Virus record (IMG/VR): IMGVR_UViG_3300030737_000039
Location: 1 to 26,658 of that record
Length of the DNA stretch: 26,658 nt
Reading direction: 5' to 3' (one strand)
Source of the DNA: a virus
Lineage: Duplodnaviria > Caudoviricetes
Shown: positions 17,349-25,422 of the stretch, piece by piece
Position numbering within the stretch: the first letter of the stretch is position 1
Layout of the letters: every line of letters begins with the position of its first letter
Position numbers and translations under genes: made by a program
Notes under the pieces: model-generated
Databases searched by the model: none
Told to the model about the DNA's origin: nothing
What the model saw: only the letters and a program-made list of their open reading frames with translations

Positions 17349-19075
17349 AAAGAACCATTCTCGCAGCATTGCTTATCCCAGCACTTGCTTTTGGGCAGAC
17401 CTATCCGTCTCCTACGTTCAGTTCCCTGACTTTGCAAACGCCACTGGGTGCAGTGAACGGAGGGACAGGTGCCACGACATCGACTGGCACCGGCTCGACT
17501 GTGCTATCCAATTCACCAGCGTTGGCAACGCCAGCTATCGCAAGCCCCACCATCACCGGCTCATTGACTGCGACCGGGCTTGTAACGCCAGCCGATCACG
17601 CGACGCAAGCAGCGAATACTATCCTCGGGAATGGTGCAGCTTCGACCGCAAGCCCCACGGCTTTGGCCGTACCAAGCTGCAGCACATCGGCAGGCGCGCT
17701 GGGCTGGGCAAGCGGGACCGGGTTCGTATGCAATAGCGCAATCAATGCGGCAACTCTTGGTGGCGCTACTTTCGCTTCGCCTGGAGCGATCGGCGGCACG
17801 ACGCCCGGGGCAGTTGCAGCGACAAGCGTATCGGTGCCGATCGGCGGCACTACAGCGACCTTTGCTGGCACGAACGGCGTGCAGATCACGGGCGGGGGCG
17901 CCCAGTCGACTACGCCTGTCGGCAACGGATTCCTTGCGTACGGAAACTTCTTCGACAACTACACGACTACGCAAGCTTCGCTGCCTGAGTGGGGTTTCCA
18001 GATCAACATGACGGCCAATACCGGGAATGGTCTGGGTACGCCAAACAGCGATAAGGTTGCATTCTTTTCCGGTGTTAGCCAAGTTGCCGGCGCTGGGTCC
18101 GCCTGGGCCGCTAACCTCGTAGCACAGTCCGGTTCGGGTGTCGGCTCTAATGGCCTGATCGGGCTGGAAATCGACTACAACAACAGTAATGCCAATAATT
18201 ACGTCACAGTCGCAAATCCTTATAATGCTGGACTGCTTTTTTCTGGGGCGGGGTCGTTCAAATCTCAAGCCGCCATTATCATAAGTGGTGCCAATGATAT
18301 GTGGCAACGCGGGATTTATTTTGATAGTGCGAATAGCGGGGCTATTGCTGGAAGCTCGATTGAGGATGAAGGCACCGCAACTCAGTCTTATCTTTTGGCC
18401 GGTACGCACACGTATGGCGTCAACATGCAGAACGCCGCGATTAGCACCGCGGGGATCGCATTGCCGAACAACGCACCCATCAGCGCATTGACAAGCGGCG
18501 CTGTTTTGCAGCCGATACTCAACATGTCGGCTGCAAATAATGTGGTACTCGGTTATACCGGGGGGGCGGAGGTGATGGCGGGAATTACCGAGCCGATCAC
18601 AAGCAATACATTCACGCTAGGGTCTTCTACCAATCTGTGGTCTTCCGTCTACGGCAAGAACTACGTCGGCACGACCACTAACGACAACGCGAACGCCGGA
18701 GCGATTGGCGAGTACCAGCCAGCTACAACATCAGGAACGTCTCTTTCGTCCACAATTCCCAACAATTGTGCCAGTGAGAGCTTAACTGCTGGCGATTGGG
18801 ACGTGAGTGGTACGGTGCAATTCACCAACATAGGTTCCGTTACGTCGCTCACATTAATCGATGCTGGCATTAGCACGACATCAGCAACGCTAGGCGCTGT
18901 CGGTCTTTGGAACGGCTCGTCGACCAGTTTCGCTATTGCCCAGCAAATCATGTCAACCCCCGTAGTACGGGAGAGTCTTGCGACAACGACCACCGTGTAT
19001 TTAACCTGCGAAGCCGGGTATGCCGGAACCGGGCTGACTGGAACCGGCGTAATCCGTGCACGTCGCATTCGGTAA
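17345..19075 (+). CDS. Fibre/tailspike-like beta-rich protein with N-terminal signal-peptide-like sequence
   Basis: 576 aa, G/S/T/A/N-rich; 'LGAVNGGTGA' fibre-type motif; C-terminal 'GTTTNDNANAGAIGEY...LTAGDWDV...IRARRIR' domain; N-terminus [17 protein letters not shown]. Confidence 0.65.
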   Translation: MKRTILAALLIPALAFGQTYPSPTFSSLTLQTPLGAVNGGTGATTSTGTGSTVLSNSPALATPAIASPTITGSLTATGLVTPADHATQAANTILGNGAASTASPTALAVPSCSTSAGALGWASGTGFVCNSAINAATLGGATFASPGAIGGTTPGAVAATSVSVPIGGTTATFAGTNGVQITGGGAQSTTPVGNGFLAYGNFFDNYTTTQASLPEWGFQINMTANTGNGLGTPNSDKVAFFSGVSQVAGAGSAWAANLVAQSGSGVGSNGLIGLEIDYNNSNANNYVTVANPYNAGLLFSGAGSFKSQAAIIISGANDMWQRGIYFDSANSGAIAGSSIEDEGTATQSYLLAGTHTYGVNMQNAAISTAGIALPNNAPISALTSGAVLQPILNMSAANNVVLGYTGGAEVMAGITEPITSNTFTLGSSTNLWSSVYGKNYVGTTTNDNANAGAIGEYQPATTSGTSLSSTIPNNCASESLTAGDWDVSGTVQFTNIGSVTSLTLIDAGISTTSATLGAVGLWNGSSTSFAIAQQIMSTPVVRESLATTTTVYLTCEAGYAGTGLTGTGVIRARRIR

Positions 19076-19087
19076 GCGGTGGTTCCA

Positions 19088-19096
19088 TGATAATGT
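19088..19096 (+). promoter_or_regulatory. Possible extended -10 promoter for the acyltransferase
   Basis: TG-A-TAATGT in the intergenic gap 42 nt before the GTG. Confidence 0.35.
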
Positions 19097-19138
19097 GGCG
19101 GCTTTCGCCGCGACGCGGCTCGAATCGAGGGTCTCCCG

Positions 19139-20275
19139 GTGGAAAGGAAATTGCAAGATACCAAAAGCAGCTTTGCCGCTGATAAGAAATTAGCAGGAAT
19201 CCATGGCTTGCGATTCCTGGCATTTTTTATGGTCTTGATTTTTCATTTAAGGGATGTGGCTGGCATCGCTCCCTCGGGTGGCTTCGACAGGAATCTTGGT
19301 TCGGGCGTTCGTCTGTTCTTCGTTATTAGCGCATTCTCGCTGATGTACTCGACCACTCGATACATGGCGCGTCCAGACTGGATCAAGGTGTTCGCTGTTA
19401 AGCGATTTTTCAGGATCGCGCCCCTGTTCTATTTGATGATCATCGCAACGTCTTTTGTGGGGATCATGGGTCCTCACAATCTCGTTGATGCGATTCTGAG
19501 TTTCGGTTTTGTTTTCAATTTCATGCCGGACCAGCAGGGGAGCCTAGTCTGGGCCGGCTGGACCGTCGGTGTCGAAATGATCTTCTACGCCATGATGCCG
19601 TTGATTATCGGCTGCATCATTGGCGTCCGCAGTTCCATATTATTTCTGGGTGCTGGGATTGTCTTGGGCTACGCCGCCCTGAATGCACAAGTACACCCGG
19701 GGATGCCGCACCTATTCTCTTACATGACATTCCCGGGGCAGATACAGTTTTTCGCAGCAGGGACCGCAGCATACTTCATCTACCTTGCGGCACAAAAGTC
19801 CGTAGCGAATGTCATGCCAGTCGTCATCGCTCTGGCGATCGTGGTCGCAGTCGGAGCGTGGTCAATCGTGACTCCGAGAATTTCGTCCCTTCCGGTATCG
19901 ACCGAGTTGGAAAGAAATTACGCATCGTGCATTCTGGTGTTCGGCGCGCTTGTAATCTGGCAGGCGATCAAACCGAGCTGGGTATTCTCAAATCGGTTCG
20001 TTGTCTACTGGGGCGAGCGCAGTTACAGCATGTATCTTCTGCACGGCCCTATCTTGATTTTTGGCCATCCACTCTGGGTAAATATCGTCGCGCGGGTAGG
20101 GCTGACTTTGGGCTATCCGGCTGTTGCCATAGTCGCTCTTGTCTTGGTTCTCTGTTCGTCGTGGGTCACTTATCGATTCATAGAGCGGCCGGGAATGCAG
20201 CTTGGGTCTAGGTTATATCGAGCAAGAGAAGACATATCTGCGCCTTCACGAACAAAAGTGATCGGGGAGTGGTGA
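19139..20275 (+). CDS. Acyltransferase-3 (OafA/Oac-like) membrane O-acyltransferase
   Basis: Many hydrophobic segments; motifs 'IHGLRFLA....IFH', 'GVRLFFVISAF', 'KRFFRIAP', 'WTVGVEMIFY', 'GERSYSMYLLH', 'YRFIERP'. No SGNH fusion. Confidence 0.92.
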   Translation: MERKLQDTKSSFAADKKLAGIHGLRFLAFFMVLIFHLRDVAGIAPSGGFDRNLGSGVRLFFVISAFSLMYSTTRYMARPDWIKVFAVKRFFRIAPLFYLMIIATSFVGIMGPHNLVDAILSFGFVFNFMPDQQGSLVWAGWTVGVEMIFYAMMPLIIGCIIGVRSSILFLGAGIVLGYAALNAQVHPGMPHLFSYMTFPGQIQFFAAGTAAYFIYLAAQKSVANVMPVVIALAIVVAVGAWSIVTPRISSLPVSTELERNYASCILVFGALVIWQAIKPSWVFSNRFVVYWGERSYSMYLLHGPILIFGHPLWVNIVARVGLTLGYPAVAIVALVLVLCSSWVTYRFIERPGMQLGSRLYRAREDISAPSRTKVIGEW

Positions 20276-20306
20276 ACTAAACACTTCTGATTTAGAAAAA
20301 GCATAC

Positions 20307-20329
20307 AACCGCCTCCGGGCGGTTTTTTT
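20307..20329 (+). terminator. Rho-independent terminator
   Basis: AACCGCC-TCCG-GGCGGTTTTTTT. Confidence 0.85.
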
Positions 20330-20346
20330 ATTCCCGGAGCAATTGA

Positions 20347-20745
20347 ATGACCGACCAAGACCAGCAGGGTCTATCCGAAGATGAATTCGAGAGCCTGACC
20401 ACCGATGACAAACGATGGAAGGGCGTAGCAAAACAGTTTGCAGCGGTCAATCTTCGGCTCAGTAGCCAGGACGTAGTGATCAACGGGCAGGGCGAGAAGA
20501 TCGACGCTCTAGCGACCGTCATAGGAAAGATATCCGAAGACACGGGCGCAATGCGCTCCGCGTGGAACGAAGGCGTTGCCACGAAGCGGTTCTTTTGTCG
20601 GCTCGCTGAAGCGTGGAAGTTCCTCTACAAGCAGATGTTTATTCCACTCGTCGTGCCGGGGATTTTTCTGTACGCCGCGGGGTATTACGCCGTGAACGGG
20701 ACATTCCCCAAGTTTGTAGTCGCAGTCTATAAGGCGTTCTTCTGA
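20347..20745 (+). CDS. Membrane protein upstream of the endolysin (putative holin-like)
   Basis: SD GGAG; acidic/coiled N-terminus and hydrophobic C-terminal segment(s); lysis-cassette position. Confidence 0.55.
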   Translation: MTDQDQQGLSEDEFESLTTDDKRWKGVAKQFAAVNLRLSSQDVVINGQGEKIDALATVIGKISEDTGAMRSAWNEGVATKRFFCRLAEAWKFLYKQMFIPLVVPGIFLYAAGYYAVNGTFPKFVVAVYKAFF

Positions 20746-20753
20746 GGTATCTC

Positions 20754-21215
20754 ATGGATATGACGTTGATGATCGCCGAGCTTAGGCGCGATGAGGGCGT
20801 GGAGTATTCGCCTTACGTGGATACGACCGGCCACCAAACCGTTGGCGTCGGCCACAATTTGGACGTATCTCCGCTTCCCGCAGGTTGGACCTATCCGCTG
20901 TCCGATGAGCAAGTCAATGCACTGCTCACCAGCGACCTGGGCGTTACCTTTGGTCTGCTCGACCATGCTCTGCCGTGGTGGCGCGGCCTCGATGAAGTGC
21001 GCCAGCGCGTGGTCGCGAACATGGCCTTTAACCTAGGCATCGGCACGCTGCTGACATTTCACAACACGCTCGGTGCGATGCAGCGCGGCGCGTATGCGGT
21101 GGCTGCAGCGGGGATGCTTAATTCTGCGTGGGCGACTCAAGTTGGCGCGCGTGCCCAACGATTGGCCGTCGCCATGGAATCAGACGTGATGCCCGACGAA
21201 CCCGCGACCACGTAA
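20754..21215 (+). CDS. Endolysin, T4-lysozyme-like (GH24)
   Basis: E-x8-D-x5-T triad in 'DEGVEYSPYVDTTGHQTVGVGHNL'; 'NMAFNLG'; 'MLNSAWATQVGARA'; no SAR/signal sequence. Confidence 0.93.
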   Translation: MDMTLMIAELRRDEGVEYSPYVDTTGHQTVGVGHNLDVSPLPAGWTYPLSDEQVNALLTSDLGVTFGLLDHALPWWRGLDEVRQRVVANMAFNLGIGTLLTFHNTLGAMQRGAYAVAAAGMLNSAWATQVGARAQRLAVAMESDVMPDEPATT

Positions 21216-21241
21216 CACCACCCCGCACCACCGAATATCCC

Positions 21242-21264
21242 AGCCACCCATGCGGTGGCTTTTT
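21242..21264 (+). terminator. Rho-independent terminator
   Basis: AGCCACC-CATGC-GGTGGCTTTTT. Confidence 0.75.
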
Positions 21265-21281
21265 GCGTTTACGAGGGTTGA

Positions 21282-23603
21282 ATGGCCTATACAAAGTTTT
21301 GGGTCATTACCGCGACCGGCCCCAACTCCGGGGTTATGCCATCGGACTTCAACCCCCTGAACAACAAGGTTGAAGTCCTATCAGGTGCCGGCGGCGGATC
21401 CAACGGTCTAGGCGAAAGCGGTGGTGCTGGGGCTAGTTATTCCAGCGTCACCAACATCTCGCTTGCCGCCGGCGCGGCGGTGAATTGGAGCGTCGGTACC
21501 GGTGGCGGCGGCGGCACGGCTGGCACGTCTCTCGTCTCTGGCAGCGCGGGTGCTGATACGTGGTTTGGCGCGACCACTATCGCGGCTTCTCTGGTTGGTG
21601 CGAAGGGCAGTACAGGCGGTGGTAATGGCGTAGGCGGTGTAGCTACCACGACCGGTGCCATCGGTACGGTCAAGACTTTGGGTGGTGCCGGCGGCGCATC
21701 AGTGAGTTGGGCCGGTGGCGGTGGTGGTGCGGCCGGTCCTAATGGTGTAGGGGCAGCAGGCGGCACATCAGGGGCTAACTTTGGCGGCGGCGGTGGCGGC
21801 GGCGCTGATGGCGGCGCGACTCCAGCCGCTAACACAGGCAATCCCGGCGCAACGGGGGGCACAGGTCCAGGTAGTTCCGCCGGCGGTATCGGCGGCGCAT
21901 CCACGGCCTCGCCGAATGGCGGTACAGGTGCCGCTGGCGCAGGCGGCGGCGGGGCGTTTGGCGACGGTGGCACGACTACCAGCGGTAACGGCGGTGCGGG
22001 CGGCGCTGGCACCGACATGGCTAACGGTGCTGCGGGTGCCGGCGGTGGCGGCGGTGGTTGCGGTTCGGGTACTGGCGCTAATACGGGCGGTGCAGGCGGC
22101 GCATATGGTGGTGGTGGTGGCGGCGGTGGATATAACGCCGGCACTGGTGGGGCAGGCGGGGCAGGCTCGCAAGGCCTTATCGTTGTCAGCTATACGCCGG
22201 TTGCTACGGGCTCCGTGGCGTCAACGCAGCAGCCAAACACTGCGGCCGCTGCGAGCAATATCGCCATCAGCGCTTCGGTAGCGTCATCTCAACACGCGAA
22301 CACCGCAGCAGCATCGAGCAGCATTGGCGTAAGCGCGGCCGCAGCAAGTACGCAGCAGAAAAACACCAGCAGCGCGGCCGCGGCAATTGGCCTATCGGCA
22401 ACAGCCGCCAGTACGCAGCAACCGAACGCCAGTTCCGCGTCGGCTTCGGTCGGTTCCACGGCGCTCACCGCTTCGGTCGCAGCGACGCAAGCGCCTAACA
22501 CGAGCGCGGCTTCAGCTTCGGTGTCGCTGGCGGCAACTGCGACAAGTACGCAGGGCGGCAACGTCGCATCGGCATCGGGGCAAGTCTCGGTGTCTTCGGC
22601 GGCATCGGCCACGCAGAGCGGCAACACGGCGTCGGCAAGCGCGAGCGTGCCGGTCAATGGCGCGGCTGCATCAACCCAAGCGAAGAATGCCGCAGCGAGT
22701 GGGGCAACTATTTTGGCGACGGCTTCGGCCGCACCGACTCAGCAGCCCAATGTAAGCAGTGCGTCAAGTGCGGTCGGCGTAACGTCGGCAGCAGCGAGTA
22801 CGCAAGCAGTCAATGTCGCTATAGCATCCAGCGGGGTATTGGCATCGGGTGCCGCCGCCTCGACGCAAGCCAAGAACGTAGCAGCATCGGCCAGCTCGAT
22901 ATCTGTCGGCGCATCGGCCGCGCCGGCGCAACAACCGAACGCGAGCAACGCACTCAGTGCAGTAGCCATCGCAACATCCGCAGCGAGCACTCAAGCACCA
23001 AACGTAGCGAACTCGACGGCGGCGATCGGCAGCATTGCGCTGGCATCGGCCGCGCCCGTGCAGGCACCGAACGCCGCGTCAGTCTCAGCGACGATCGGCG
23101 TTGCTGGCTCTGTGGCAGTCGCGCAGCACCCGAATTCGTCAGCGGCGTCGGGTGTAGTGGCGACAGCTTCTACCGGATCAGCGACGCAGGCGAAGAACGT
23201 CGGCGCAGCGGCAGGTTCGGTTGCTCTCTCAAGCGTGGCAGCATCTGTTCAAGGCGCGAATGTCGCTGTCTCGACGAGTGCCGTCGGCATCGCAGCATCG
23301 GGTAGTTCAGTTCAGCAGCCCAACACTGCGGCCGCAACGGCGCTTGTCATCGGCAATACGGTCACCGCGACTGCGGCGGCTACTCAGCAACCAAACGCCT
23401 CAGCCGCGAGCGCGTCGATCTCGTGGGTGTTTGTCGACCCGATCGTGTTCACGGTCCCAGCTGAGAACCGAAGCTTCATGGTTCCCGCTGAGACTCGGTC
23501 TTTTGCGGTTCCGGCTGAAAACCGGTCGCTCACCGTTCCGCCTCAGAACCGAAGTTTCGTTGTCCCTGCGGAGGATCGATCTTTCGTGGTTGGCCCCCGG
23601 TAA
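21282..23603 (+). CDS. Fibre-like virion protein: glycine-rich domain, 21-aa QxxN repeats and 9-aa C-terminal repeats
   Basis: About 305-aa Gly-rich domain bounded by 'VEVLSGAGGG' and 'GAGSQGLIVVSY', 19 Ala/Ser repeats, then 5 VPAENRSF-type repeats. Confidence 0.75.
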   Translation: MAYTKFWVITATGPNSGVMPSDFNPLNNKVEVLSGAGGGSNGLGESGGAGASYSSVTNISLAAGAAVNWSVGTGGGGGTAGTSLVSGSAGADTWFGATTIAASLVGAKGSTGGGNGVGGVATTTGAIGTVKTLGGAGGASVSWAGGGGGAAGPNGVGAAGGTSGANFGGGGGGGADGGATPAANTGNPGATGGTGPGSSAGGIGGASTASPNGGTGAAGAGGGGAFGDGGTTTSGNGGAGGAGTDMANGAAGAGGGGGGCGSGTGANTGGAGGAYGGGGGGGGYNAGTGGAGGAGSQGLIVVSYTPVATGSVASTQQPNTAAAASNIAISASVASSQHANTAAASSSIGVSAAAASTQQKNTSSAAAAIGLSATAASTQQPNASSASASVGSTALTASVAATQAPNTSAASASVSLAATATSTQGGNVASASGQVSVSSAASATQSGNTASASASVPVNGAAASTQAKNAAASGATILATASAAPTQQPNVSSASSAVGVTSAAASTQAVNVAIASSGVLASGAAASTQAKNVAASASSISVGASAAPAQQPNASNALSAVAIATSAASTQAPNVANSTAAIGSIALASAAPVQAPNAASVSATIGVAGSVAVAQHPNSSAASGVVATASTGSATQAKNVGAAAGSVALSSVAASVQGANVAVSTSAVGIAASGSSVQQPNTAAATALVIGNTVTATAAATQQPNASAASASISWVFVDPIVFTVPAENRSFMVPAETRSFAVPAENRSLTVPPQNRSFVVPAEDRSFVVGPR
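22218..23420 (+). repeat. 19 degenerate 21-24-aa (about 63-nt) coding repeats, consensus ASTQxPNxxxAxxxIxxxxxA
   Basis: QxxN recurs 19 times in the translation; DNA diverged at synonymous sites. Confidence 0.85.
23454..23588 (+). repeat. Five tandem 27-nt coding repeats (VPAENRSFx)
   Basis: VPAENRSFM-VPAETRSFA-VPAENRSLT-VPPQNRSFV-VPAEDRSFV. Confidence 0.9.
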
Positions 23604-23620
23604 TCTTTTTCGGAGCCGCA

Positions 23621-23911
23621 ATGGCGTTCCCAAGCTTCAACAATATTCCGCCAAAGGATCCTTTGGATGTGCTGCCCTACGCATTCGATTGGACGAATTT
23701 TTTGCCTCCAGGCGTAACGATCACCAGCGCGACTATCACCGTTCAAGCCCCGGCGACGCTGGCTTCACCAGTCGTTATAAATGGGATGGTCGTGAACTTC
23801 TATCTGTCGGGCGGCATTGCCAATAACGCCTATCTGGTATCCAACTTCATAGAGACCAACGTACCCGACACGGCAAATCGTTCGTTCACGCTGCAAGTTA
23901 AAAATCTCTGA
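23621..23911 (+). CDS. Fibre-attachment adaptor-like protein
   Basis: 'KDPLDVLPYAFDW', 'LSGG....YLV...IET....ANRSF.L.V' resemble small phage fibre-tail adaptor proteins; SD GGAG. Confidence 0.7.
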   Translation: MAFPSFNNIPPKDPLDVLPYAFDWTNFLPPGVTITSATITVQAPATLASPVVINGMVVNFYLSGGIANNAYLVSNFIETNVPDTANRSFTLQVKNL

Positions 23912-23930
23912 TCTTCCCTCACTTGATACG

Positions 23931-23952
23931 AGCCGCCTCCGGGCGGCTTTTT
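23931..23952 (+). terminator. Rho-independent terminator
   Basis: AGCCGCC-TCCG-GGCGGCTTTTT. Confidence 0.8.
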
Positions 23953-23972
23953 ATTTGCCTCGGAGTTTATGA

Positions 23973-24392
23973 ATGGCCTCGAATCTTAAGTACAGCGCCG
24001 TATTGAAGAACGCGCAACAGGCGGCAATCACGTCCACCGTGGGCGCGAGTGCGCTGTTGCTGATCTACAGCGGTACGCAGCCGACGAATCCCGATACGGC
24101 GATCACGTCTCAGGTTCTGCTCGCCACGCTTACCTGCAATGCAACCTTCGCGCCCGCGCCGTCCGGCGGCGTCCTAACGCTGAACTCGATCACTTCTGGC
24201 ACGGGTACGGCAGGCGCCGGCGCAGGTACGGCCGCAACGTGGTTTCGGATTACCACATCGGGCAGCACGCCGCATATCGACGGGACTTGCGGCGTCACCA
24301 GTGGCTTCGATATGAACTTCGTCGGCAGCGCCACGATCGCCACTGGCCAGACAGTTTCGGACTCGTCGTTCACGTTGACCAACGGCAACTAA
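23973..24392 (+). CDS. Putative virion structural (fibre-module) protein
   Basis: 'LLIYSGTQP...D......LLATL', 'GTAATWFRI', 'IDG.CG' resemble a widespread small phage structural family; SD GGAG. Confidence 0.7.
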   Translation: MASNLKYSAVLKNAQQAAITSTVGASALLLIYSGTQPTNPDTAITSQVLLATLTCNATFAPAPSGGVLTLNSITSGTGTAGAGAGTAATWFRITTSGSTPHIDGTCGVTSGFDMNFVGSATIATGQTVSDSSFTLTNGN

Positions 24393-24432
24393 GCCAATCC
24401 CGTAGCACCTCACCAACCATCAAGGAAACACC

Positions 24433-24729
24433 ATGAGCACCGTTATCGTCGCAGTCGAAACCCAATCGCAACCCTTCGCCGCTGGCACCGTTTCGGCGGG
24501 CGTGTCCATCAGCCTGTCCGGCGGCGCAGTTCCTGCGCAAGTCATCTCGGTCGCGCCGTACTCGGCAACGTTCGCTGATGTCGCTCCCGGCGTTTATACC
24601 GCAAGCGCTCAAGCCGTTGACGCATCCGGCACAGCAATTGGCGCTGCCGCTGTCTCGGCAGAGTTCACCATCGCCGCTCCCGATGTTTCGATCGATATTC
24701 CCTCGGTTGTGACCGTAACGGTGTCCTGA
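24433..24729 (+). CDS. Small Ig-like beta-sandwich protein
   Basis: 'APYSATFADVAPGVYTASAQAVDASG' resembles bacterial Ig-like (Big) repeats; SD AAGGA. Confidence 0.65.
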   Translation: MSTVIVAVETQSQPFAAGTVSAGVSISLSGGAVPAQVISVAPYSATFADVAPGVYTASAQAVDASGTAIGAAAVSAEFTIAAPDVSIDIPSVVTVTVS

Positions 24730-24839
24730 TGCGCGCGGCGCTGCGTTGGCGGCCTCGCTGGCCGCGCTGGTGCCGCCGCAAGGTTGTCGTCGCGGTGCCG
24801 GTGAGTTTCCGCATTCACACCATTCATGGCCGCCACTGA
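24729..24839 (+). CDS. Putative 36-aa Arg/Trp-rich peptide
   Basis: TGATG coupling to the upstream gene; MRAALRWRPRWPRWCRRKVVVAVPVSFRIHTIHGRH*; fills the gap up to the hairpin. Below the ORF-track cutoff. Confidence 0.5.
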   Translation: MRAALRWRPRWPRWCRRKVVVAVPVSFRIHTIHGRH

Positions 24840-24853
24840 GCGGCTTTATTTTT
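24828..24853 (+). terminator. Possible weak terminator
   Basis: GGCCGC-CACTGA-GCGGCT followed by TTATTTTT. Confidence 0.5.
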
Positions 24854-24862
24854 GGAGCATCC

Positions 24863-25102
24863 ATGAACAAATCCAGCGTCAGCACGGGCGGCCTCGTCGT
24901 CAGTGCTGCATCCCTCGTGCCCGCCGTTGATTGGGTTATGGCTGGCTGTCACACACCTGTTCCCGCGGCTGTTTCAGCACTTGTAGCCGGACTGCTCGCA
25001 GCAGGCATTCACGCGACCTACAACCACTTCAATCCGGACGACGAGCCTGATGCAACGCCGGCCGCGCCGGTTGCTGCGCCAACGGTAATCGTCAAGTCGT
25101 GA
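24863..25102 (+). CDS. Small two-TM membrane protein (putative holin)
   Basis: Start reassigned to the ATG at 24863 after GGAG; 79 aa; two hydrophobic segments and an acidic/Pro-rich tail. Confidence 0.6.
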   Translation: MNKSSVSTGGLVVSAASLVPAVDWVMAGCHTPVPAAVSALVAGLLAAGIHATYNHFNPDDEPDATPAAPVAAPTVIVKS

Positions 25103-25413
25103 TCCGCGCCGCGCTCGTCCTCATGGCTGCGTCGCTCTCCGGGTGCGCCGGCACGGCCACTTATTCAGTGAAGCCGTTCTATGAGCCAAACCTTCAAAAG
25201 ATGGTGTGTTGCGAGGCCTTAGCGATCAACGGGAAGGACATCAGCGCCTTGACGTTCGATCTGACAACGTCTGCCGAGAACGTCGTAACCGTGCATTTCC
25301 AAGAAACCGGTGTGGGAGCGACAGCACCCCTTACTGCGCAAGGCGCTGTCATTTCAAATGTGGCTACTGCTGTCGGTAACACCGCTGCCGCTGTCGTGAA
25401 ACTTACCCCTTAG
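25099..25413 (+). CDS. Lipoprotein (possible spanin-like)
   Basis: Lipobox LSG-C; GTGA overlap with the upstream gene; beta-rich body with a CC pair. Confidence 0.7.
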   Translation: MIRAALVLMAASLSGCAGTATYSVKPFYEPNLQKMVCCEALAINGKDISALTFDLTTSAENVVTVHFQETGVGATAPLTAQGAVISNVATAVGNTAAAVVKLTP

Positions 25414-25422
25414 GAAACCATC

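Noticed and set aside
21437-22144. 235-aa poly-proline ORF on the minus strand, and similar antisense ORFs over the sheath, fibres and 26052-26633
   Set aside because: Shadows of GGN/GCN-rich sense codons, fully overlapping well-supported plus-strand genes.
23454-23588. CRISPR-like or guide-RNA array
   Set aside because: Units are contiguous with no spacers, in frame, and vary mostly at synonymous positions, so this is a protein repeat; no cas genes.
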